Of a stretch of 43,430 nt of DNA, positions 30,275-37,808 are shown piece after piece. Source of the DNA: Candidatus Eiseniibacteriota bacterium (GTDB taxonomy: Bacteria > Arandabacterota > Arandabacteria > Arandabacterales > Arandabacteraceae); the NCBI GenBank assembly GCA_043810925.1, contig JBDRNT010000062.1, forward strand, positions 1-43,430, read 5' to 3'. The position numbers and the translations under genes were made by a program. Position 1 is the first letter of the stretch, and each line of letters begins with the position of its first letter. The notes under the pieces were generated by a model. It was given only the letters and a program-made list of their open reading frames with translations, had not been told where the DNA came from and ran no database searches.

Positions 30275-30609
30275 TCATAAGATATGCGACACCAGACGGC
30301 CAGTCCATCGAAAAGTGTTTGCCGTCCACAGAACCCGGACGCGGAAGGTGTATCATCTACGTCGTACCTGGCGGCCACGGGAGACCAGCCTCACCTCAGC
30401 GCTTTGGCCACCGGACAGGCTGTTCCCCCAAAGCCGAGTCTATATCCTTCTTGTACACTCCGTGCTCCACCTGTGCTTCGATCGTCAACCAGCCCCTGCG
30501 GTGGAACTGATACGGCCTTTCCATCACGATGCGATACTCGGGCACGCTTATGTCAAAATAGCCCTATGCGGACGATTACTCGACATAGGGTCACTATCCG
30601 AGGCTGGGA

Positions 30610-30677
30610 CACGCTTTCAGACATTTGAATGCCAATGGCTCCCCGGGCAAGTGTCTGAAAGCGTGGTTCTGTGGGAT
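30610..30677 (+). repeat. Dispersed att-like element, copy 3, with complete inverted left arm (attP-like)
   Basis: CACGCTTTCAGACATTTG (30610-30627) and CAAGTGTCTGAAAGCGTG (30648-30665) are 17/18 inverted, symmetric about GG 30637-30638. Confidence 0.92.
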
Positions 30678-30932
30678 ACAAACGCCTTCTGCTGGTCGTC
30701 AGGCCGGAAGTGGCTCGACCCACGTGATACTGCAACCCTATCGCCAGGACGATAGGGTTGCCGCTCTGAGCTCGCGATTGTCGGGATTTGAGGGGCAAAT
30801 GCGGAACCCCGGGATGTTCTCATGGGTCTAAGAGAAGAGACCGATACACTTGTATATAGATGTGTACGATCGAGGCTGGGTTTGGTATTCTCTTGTAGGA
30901 ACGCTCGGCGGGCGAAAGGGACGGCGATAGAC

Positions 30933-31391
30933 ATGAGATCTGGGCTTCACAGGTTTGTCAGAATACCGGATGCCTGCGTATGGCTCTGGGTTCTCGCTCT
31001 TGTGGCCCAGGCATCGGCCGTGGCCCCTGTGTTGTGTATGAAGATGGATGGTCAGGTCGAGGTGGAAGCCACCTGCACTTGCCATCGCGGCCCCGCTTCA
31101 CATGGGTTTCCCTCTTTATCATCTTCGAGTTCAGTCTTAGATACGAACCTCAACGATCGGTGCGGCGGATGTTTCGACCTCCAATCCCCGATTGGTGCGG
31201 GAGTACCCGTAGGTGTCGACCAGGGCTCATTGCCAGGCATCAAGTCACTGAGGTCGGGAGCATTTGCGGCCTCACCGACTACTCCCACAGATGTAGCGGT
31301 GGGTATCCAGCATGGGGTGCCTGCTTCACGCCGATCACCTCCTGACAAGACTTCACTAGTCTCTCTCCGAACGACTGTCCTCCTTTGTTGA
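30933..31391 (+). CDS. Cys-containing small protein preceding the efflux operon (CzcI-like position)
   Basis: Hydrophobic N-terminus, VLC...DGQVEVE, CTCH, CGGC, C-terminal LRTTVLLC. Start chosen at ATG 30933. Confidence 0.6.
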   Translation: MRSGLHRFVRIPDACVWLWVLALVAQASAVAPVLCMKMDGQVEVEATCTCHRGPASHGFPSLSSSSSVLDTNLNDRCGGCFDLQSPIGAGVPVGVDQGSLPGIKSLRSGAFAASPTTPTDVAVGIQHGVPASRRSPPDKTSLVSLRTTVLLC

Positions 31392-31512
31392 TGCTCTCCT
31401 GAGCAGTCATCTGCACGCCTATCTACGCGAGCAACTTCAATTGACATGGCATGGGAGGATGAACATTGGTCAAAGACAAGTCAGCGATGGGGTCACTCCG
31501 GAGGTTTTCTTG

Positions 31513-32901
31513 ATGCGTCTGAAATATCTTATCCTGTTCGTTCTAGCCCCGGCAGTTGCGCTGAGTGGCTGCACCACACCTCATGTGAATGCGAGCCGGT
31601 CCGAGGCACGCCCTCTTGGAAGTGACTTCGAGACATTCCAGGCACCTGAAGAGCCATCTGAGGTATCGGTGCCGGCAGGGCCGGAAGGCCCCACCGATGA
31701 AGAGCCCACCGGTATCATCGACATGCGCCAGGCTCTGGCCCAGGCACTGATAAATAGCCCTGAGCTCGCGGCCTTTTCCTGGGAGGTCAGGGCCAGCGAG
31801 GCCGCCGCAGTCCAGGCCGGGCTCTTTCCAAACCCTGAGATTGGCGTTGAAATGGAGAATTTCGGCGGCTCCGGGGAATTCGAGGGCTTTGATGGAAGCG
31901 AGACCACATTCCGGCTCAGTCAGCTAATCGAACTGGGAGGGAAGCGTTCGGGCCGGGCGCGAGTCGCTGCATTGGATCTGAATCTCGCCGGGTGGGATTA
32001 CGAAAGCAAGCGCCTGGAGGTTGTCAGCGAAGCGACCAAGGCCTTTGTGGATGTTCTTGCTGCGCAGGAGAGGCTGGCACTCACTGAAGAACTGGAAGAC
32101 CTGGCCGATGAGGTTTTCAATGTCGTACGAGAGCGGGTCCGGCATGGAAAAGTCTCTCCCGTGGAGGAGGCGAGAGCCGGAGTTGTCCTGGCTTCCAGTC
32201 GAATAGAGACGGAGAAAGCTGGGCGCGAACTCGAGGCATCGCGGAAGCGGCTGGCAGCAATCTGGGGCAGTTCGTCGCCCGCCTTTGAGAGCGTCAGCGG
32301 AGAGCTTGAAGTCATCGAATCCATCCCTCCTGCCGGAACGGTTGCCCGCCACGTGTCACGGAACCCGGATATTGTCCGCTGGGCCGCCGAGATGGAGCAA
32401 CGCGAAGCCGCCTTAGACTTGGAGAAGGCAAGGAGGATCCCTGACCTCACGTTGAGTGGAGGTGTCAAGCACTTCAGGGAGATGGATATCAACGCCTTCG
32501 TGGTGGATCTGTCTATTCCCCTCCCCCTCTTCGATCGGAATCAGGGAGGAACCCGAGAGGCAAGATACAGACTGGCCAAAGCCAGCGAGGAACGCAGAGC
32601 TTCTGAAGTGCGGGTTCGTACCGCGCTTGCGGAAACACATCTGTCACTCTCCGCTGCCTATGCGCAGGCGGTGGCCCTGAGAGACGATGTGCTCCCGGGA
32701 GCCACGACCGCTTTCGAGGCAGCAAGCGAGGGCTATCGCCTTGGGAAATTCAACTACCTGGACGTTCTGGATGCCCAAAGGACCCTGTTCAAAGCCCGCG
32801 AGCAGTACATCGAGACGCTGGCGGCCTACCACAAAGCATCTGTCGATGTTGAGAGATTGATCGGGGAGCGCCTTGATGCCGTTAAGAACACCCCCGAATA
32901 G
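31513..32901 (+). CDS. czcC: TolC/CzcC-family outer-membrane efflux lipoprotein
   Basis: GGAGG RBS, lipobox LSGC, QAGLFPNP, IELGGKR, PLPLFDRNQG, LDVLDAQRTL. Confidence 0.9.
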   Translation: MRLKYLILFVLAPAVALSGCTTPHVNASRSEARPLGSDFETFQAPEEPSEVSVPAGPEGPTDEEPTGIIDMRQALAQALINSPELAAFSWEVRASEAAAVQAGLFPNPEIGVEMENFGGSGEFEGFDGSETTFRLSQLIELGGKRSGRARVAALDLNLAGWDYESKRLEVVSEATKAFVDVLAAQERLALTEELEDLADEVFNVVRERVRHGKVSPVEEARAGVVLASSRIETEKAGRELEASRKRLAAIWGSSSPAFESVSGELEVIESIPPAGTVARHVSRNPDIVRWAAEMEQREAALDLEKARRIPDLTLSGGVKHFREMDINAFVVDLSIPLPLFDRNQGGTREARYRLAKASEERRASEVRVRTALAETHLSLSAAYAQAVALRDDVLPGATTAFEAASEGYRLGKFNYLDVLDAQRTLFKAREQYIETLAAYHKASVDVERLIGERLDAVKNTPE

Positions 32902-32917
32902 AATCTCAGGAGGCATT

Positions 32918-34525
32918 ATGAGGAGTATGAAGCAAATGATTCCCGTCGCCGTGATATTAGTTGCCATAGCGGTCGTTCTTGTGGTGGTCAAGGGCAAAGA
33001 ATCACCGAGTCCCGGAGACATCCACATGACGAGCTCGCAGCCTGTGACCGGCCCGCGACCCGCAGCGGCCCAAGGGCAAGAGCTCTGTGCCAGACATCAG
33101 CTCCCGGTCGCGGAGTGTTTCTCCTGTGATCCCACCTTGAGAGAGCCGGGCCGGCTGTGGTGCAAGGAACATGATCGTTATGAAGACCGATGTTTCATCT
33201 GCCATCCGGACTTAGTGGATACGGGACGCCTGTGGTGCGAGGAGCACCGCCTCTACGAAGATGAGTGCTTCTTCTGTCATCCGGAACTTCGCGAGGAGGA
33301 AACAGGCTCCGCGGAAGGCGACGCTTGCTGTCCCGGAGACGCCGAAGCAAGGACTTCCCCACCCGGTGAACTCCTATGCGTCGAGCACGACGTCTGGGAA
33401 AGTGAGTGCGGGATCTGTCATCCGGAGTTGATCGCCAATCTTGAGCCCGGCCAGGGCCTGAAGATACGTCTGGCGTCCCCGGAATCGGCCGCGAAAGCCG
33501 GGGTCGAGACATCGGTGGGCGCCAAAGGCAGCTCCCTTGGGGGACTGGTGGTCTTGAGCCGCCTGTCATACGACCAGAACCGGCTTGCCCGCATCACCCC
33601 TCTCGCGGCCGGGGTCGTTCGGAACGTGTATGCGGATGTGGGGGATTCGGTCTCAAGGGGACAGGTGCTTGTCGAGATTGACTCTCCGGATATCGCCCGG
33701 GCAAAGAGTGACTACTTGAACTCACTTGCGGACGAAGCCTTGAAGGAACTCGTCTTCAACCGGGAAAGGGATTTACTCGCAAAGAACATCACCTCCCAAC
33801 AGGAGTACGAGGAAGCTTCAGCAGAGTACCAGATGGCCACGAACGCCACGAAGACCAGGTGGCAGCAGCTCCTGAACTATGGATTGACCGAGAGATACGT
33901 TCAGGAAGTGGCGGAGACGAGCTCAAGCTCCTCTCGCCTTCCCATACTGGCGCCGTTCTCCGGAACGCTTGTTGAGAGAGATGCCGTCATTGGCGAGGCC
34001 GTAGAGGTCGGTGACATGTTGTTCACCCTTGCCGATCTGTCGTCGATGTGGCTGGAGCTCTCGATCCCAGAGGACAGGTTGTCTTCAGTAGAAGTAGGTG
34101 ATCCCGTTGAAGCGACTTTCGATGCTCTCCCCGGAATGAGCGTGAGCGGCCAAGTGATCTGGCTGGCCTCAAGCATTGATGAGCAGAGCCGGATGATCAA
34201 GGCCCGCGCGATCATACAGAACCGGGGTTCGTCGCTAAAGCACGGGATGTTCGGACAAGTACGGATCTTACCGAAACGGAATCTCAGCGGACTCCGTGTT
34301 CCGGGCCAGGCCCTTCATCATATCGATGGAATCCCTGTCGTTTTCGTTAAGCTCGAGGATGATCTTTACGAGATTCGGAGGGTTGCCCTGGGAGGTAACA
34401 CAGGAGGTAGTGTCGAGATTCTGGAGGGGATTCTCCCGCAAGAAGAAGTTGTCGTGGCCCACAGCTTCACGATGAAATCAGAATTTCTCAAGTCCCGCCT
34501 CGGCGCGGGATGTGTACATGAATAA
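32918..34525 (+). CDS. czcB: CzcB-like RND periplasmic adaptor with N-terminal Cys/His repeats
   Basis: AGGAGG RBS, TM anchor, APFSGTLVER, ADLSSMW, LKHGMF; lies between TolC and RND genes. Confidence 0.88.
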   Translation: MRSMKQMIPVAVILVAIAVVLVVVKGKESPSPGDIHMTSSQPVTGPRPAAAQGQELCARHQLPVAECFSCDPTLREPGRLWCKEHDRYEDRCFICHPDLVDTGRLWCEEHRLYEDECFFCHPELREEETGSAEGDACCPGDAEARTSPPGELLCVEHDVWESECGICHPELIANLEPGQGLKIRLASPESAAKAGVETSVGAKGSSLGGLVVLSRLSYDQNRLARITPLAAGVVRNVYADVGDSVSRGQVLVEIDSPDIARAKSDYLNSLADEALKELVFNRERDLLAKNITSQQEYEEASAEYQMATNATKTRWQQLLNYGLTERYVQEVAETSSSSSRLPILAPFSGTLVERDAVIGEAVEVGDMLFTLADLSSMWLELSIPEDRLSSVEVGDPVEATFDALPGMSVSGQVIWLASSIDEQSRMIKARAIIQNRGSSLKHGMFGQVRILPKRNLSGLRVPGQALHHIDGIPVVFVKLEDDLYEIRRVALGGNTGGSVEILEGILPQEEVVVAHSFTMKSEFLKSRLGAGCVHE

Positions 34526-34543
34526 CCGCCGGAGGGCACCCTT

Positions 34544-37500
34544 ATGCTAGGCAGGATCATCGAGACGTCGCTGAAGAACCGGCTGGTTGTGGTTCTTGTC
34601 ATCGCCGTGAGCGTTGGGCTGGGCATCCGGGCCATGACGCGCACTCCCGTGGATGCCTTTCCTGACACCACACCGGTACAGGTGCAGATCAATACCACCG
34701 CGCCGGCCCTGAGCCCGGCGGAAATCGAACAGCAGATCACGCTCCCGGTAGAACTCTCGATCGCCGGTCTGCCGGGTCTCACCAATGTTCGCTCAATCTC
34801 GAAGTTCGGCTTCTCACAAGTCGTCGCTACGTTTGACGACCAGACCCACGTATACGATGCCCGCCAGTTCATTCTCGAGCGGCTCGGGAGCGTCAACCTC
34901 CCGGAAGGCATAGGGCGCCCCCAGCTCGGACCCATGTCAACAGGCCTGGGAGAGGTCTTTCACTATATTGTCCGCTCTACCAATCCTGACCGTTCCCTTG
35001 ACGAGCTCCGGACTCTTCATGACTGGGTCGTTAAGCCGGAGCTGCGCAAGGTGGCGGGGGTGGCAGAAGTCAATTCGTGGGGTGGTTTCGAGCGGCAGTA
35101 CCACGTAATCACGGCACCCCGGGCTCTCATCAGCTACCATCTCACCCTGGACAGTGTTTTTGAGGCCCTTGAGAAGAACAATCAGAATGTCGGAGGCGGA
35201 CAGGTCGTAACCTCCGGTCAGACCCTGCTGGTTCACGGCGTGGGTCGCGTCACCACCATCGAAGAGATCGAGAACATAGTCATCAAGGCGCACGAAGGCG
35301 CCCCTGTCCGCATAAGGGATGTAGCAGAAGTCGCACTGGGACACGAGATCCGCCGCGGCGCAGTTACGGCTCACGGACAAGGAGAGGCCGTGTTGGGGCT
35401 CGGTTTCATGTTGATGGGAGAGAACAGCAAGGAGGTTACCGAGGAACTAAAAGCGCGGCTGGAATCGGTCCGGAAATCCCTGCCCGACGATGTCGTCCTG
35501 GAAACTGTTTACGATCGTACGGAGCTGGTGCAATCGGTTATCGGCACGGTTAAGCACAATCTGATCGCCGGAGCCGCACTGGTAGTTGTCGTGCTGTTTC
35601 TGTTCCTGGGGAATCTCCGGGCAGGTCTGATAGTCGCCCTGGCAATCCCCCTCGCCTTGATCTATGCATTCCTGGGCATGTACGCGCTTGCCATCGCCGC
35701 GAGTCTCTTGAGTCTTGGCGCGATGGACTTCGGTATCATCGTCGATGGCTCCGTGGTAATGACAGACAACAACATGCGGAGATTAGTCGACGAGCAGAAG
35801 CGCCTGGGAAGGGCTCTCAATAAGGCCGAGCGGCTCAGGATCATCCTCGCTTCGAGCAAGGAAGTCGTGCGCCCCATCGTATTCGGCATGGCCATCATCC
35901 TGATCGTGTTCTTTCCAATCCTCACCCTGGAAGGCATCGAGGGGAAGATGTTCAAACCTATGGCCTGGACCTTCATCTTCGCCATGGTCGGAGCAGCAGC
36001 GGTAGCCGTGACTCTATCTCCCATCCTGTCCTACTACTTCCTCCCTCGAAGACTCAAGGAGAAGGAAGGCTTTGTCGAGAGGTTGCTGAAGAGAGGTTAC
36101 TCCTTCCTCATCTCCAGGGTGCTTGGCAGGAAACGAATGCTTTTCAGTTCGGTCCTGATCCTACTTGCGCTGACGGCTCTCGTAGGCTCCAGACTCGGGG
36201 GCGAATTCATTCCCAAGCTCCGCGAGGGAGCGATCGTCATCAATACCATACGTCTTTCAGGAGTCTCAATCGATGAGTCGGTCGACTACAACAGTCGAAT
36301 TGAGGCCCTCCTGCTGGAGAGCTTTCCAGATGAGATCAAGTACATCTGGAGCCGGATCGGGACAGCCGAAGTGGCAACAGATCCCATGGGCATAGAGCTG
36401 ACCGACTTCTTTATCACGCTTCATCCCAGGGACAGGTGGACGCGTGCGGGAACCCAGGCCGAACTGGTCAAACGGATGGAGGAACTGGTCGATGACTTGC
36501 CCGGGCTTAACATGATATTCACACAGCCCATAGAAATGCGCCTGAATGAGATGGTCTCCGGCATTCGCTCGGATGTCGGCGTCAAGATTTTCGGGGATGA
36601 CTTCGACACCCTGGTTGGTCTGAGCGATCAGATTCAGGGAATACTCCTGGCCATCGAGGGTGCCTCAGACGTGGCCGGGGAGCAGATTACAGGACAACCA
36701 ACATTACAGATTATGGTGAACCAGGATCAGCTCGCCCGGCATGGCATCCCGGCACGCAATGTGCTCGACCTGATCGAGAGCGTGGGCGGGCGTCGCGTAG
36801 GTGACATTTTCGAGGGTCAGAGGCGCTTTCCCCTCGTGGTGAGGCTCCCTGACGAGCAGCGCACAGATGTAGGAATCCTGGCCAATACGTTGATTCCCAC
36901 CGAAGTTGGTCCGCTCTTGCCACTACGCCGGCTAGCTGAGGTGAGGGAAACCGAAGGACCATCGACCATCAGCCGCGAGTGGGGCCGTCGCCTGATCAAA
37001 GTGCAGTGCAATGTCAGAGACCGGGATGTTGCATCGTTTGTGAAAGAAGCACGGTCCCGCATTGATAATGAAGTGACATTGCCCGAAGGGTACGTGCTCG
37101 AATGGGGAGGTCAGTTCGAACATCTGGAACGCTCTAAAATGAGATTCTCGATCGTTGTGCCCATCACGTTGGCACTCATCTTCCTCGTGCTGTACTTCAG
37201 CCTCAAAAGCCTGAGTGATGTGCTCATCATTTATACTGGCATTCCCTTCGCAGCCATAGGAGGCGTGTTGGCTCTCTGGGGTCGGGGGATGCCCTTTAGC
37301 GTGAGCGCGGCAATTGGATTCATCGCTCTCAGCGGCGTTGCTGTTCTGGATGGACAGGTGCTGGTTTCTACCATCCGGACTTTGCGGAGTCAGGGCCTTC
37401 CATTGGTTGAGGCCGTGATAGGAGCGGCAAAGCAGCGGCTCCGGCCCGTCCTGGCAACATCAGTCACTGACGCGGCCGGGTTTATCCCCATGGCCATTTC

Positions 37501-37663
37501 GACCGGGGTTGGAGCGGAGGTGCAGCGCCCCCTCGCCACAGTGGTCATCGGGGGTATCACTACCTGCACTCTTCTGACGCTGTTCGTGCTTCCGGCACTG
37601 TATCTTGCTCTAGGTAGGTGGATGGAGAAGAGAGCCCGCTTGTATTCTGACCCGACCGCCTAG
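34544..37663 (+). CDS. czcA: CusA/CzcA-family heavy-metal efflux RND permease
   Basis: DAFPD, STGLGE, SLGAMDFGIIVDG, EGKMFKPMA, FTQPIEMR, RLRPVL, GAEVQRPLATVVIGG. Confidence 0.95.
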   Translation: MLGRIIETSLKNRLVVVLVIAVSVGLGIRAMTRTPVDAFPDTTPVQVQINTTAPALSPAEIEQQITLPVELSIAGLPGLTNVRSISKFGFSQVVATFDDQTHVYDARQFILERLGSVNLPEGIGRPQLGPMSTGLGEVFHYIVRSTNPDRSLDELRTLHDWVVKPELRKVAGVAEVNSWGGFERQYHVITAPRALISYHLTLDSVFEALEKNNQNVGGGQVVTSGQTLLVHGVGRVTTIEEIENIVIKAHEGAPVRIRDVAEVALGHEIRRGAVTAHGQGEAVLGLGFMLMGENSKEVTEELKARLESVRKSLPDDVVLETVYDRTELVQSVIGTVKHNLIAGAALVVVVLFLFLGNLRAGLIVALAIPLALIYAFLGMYALAIAASLLSLGAMDFGIIVDGSVVMTDNNMRRLVDEQKRLGRALNKAERLRIILASSKEVVRPIVFGMAIILIVFFPILTLEGIEGKMFKPMAWTFIFAMVGAAAVAVTLSPILSYYFLPRRLKEKEGFVERLLKRGYSFLISRVLGRKRMLFSSVLILLALTALVGSRLGGEFIPKLREGAIVINTIRLSGVSIDESVDYNSRIEALLLESFPDEIKYIWSRIGTAEVATDPMGIELTDFFITLHPRDRWTRAGTQAELVKRMEELVDDLPGLNMIFTQPIEMRLNEMVSGIRSDVGVKIFGDDFDTLVGLSDQIQGILLAIEGASDVAGEQITGQPTLQIMVNQDQLARHGIPARNVLDLIESVGGRRVGDIFEGQRRFPLVVRLPDEQRTDVGILANTLIPTEVGPLLPLRRLAEVRETEGPSTISREWGRRLIKVQCNVRDRDVASFVKEARSRIDNEVTLPEGYVLEWGGQFEHLERSKMRFSIVVPITLALIFLVLYFSLKSLSDVLIIYTGIPFAAIGGVLALWGRGMPFSVSAAIGFIALSGVAVLDGQVLVSTIRTLRSQGLPLVEAVIGAAKQRLRPVLATSVTDAAGFIPMAISTGVGAEVQRPLATVVIGGITTCTLLTLFVLPALYLALGRWMEKRARLYSDPTA

Positions 37664-37709
37664 AATAGGGCCACTCCTGGAGGCAGACCTACGCCTCTGG
37701 GCACTTGAG

Positions 37710-37751
37710 CGGCTCCCCGGATGAATGTCTGAGAGCGCGACTCTGTGGGAT
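37710..37751 (+). repeat. Dispersed att-like element, copy 4
   Basis: CGGCTCCCCGGATGAATGTCTGAGAGCGCGACTCTGTGGGAT, between the convergent czcA and BNR genes. Confidence 0.88.
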
Positions 37752-37808
37752 GCACTGGCCCTTGGGACTTGGTGCAGATCGTGGCAAGAGACCGTTGGAC
37801 GCAGACTG

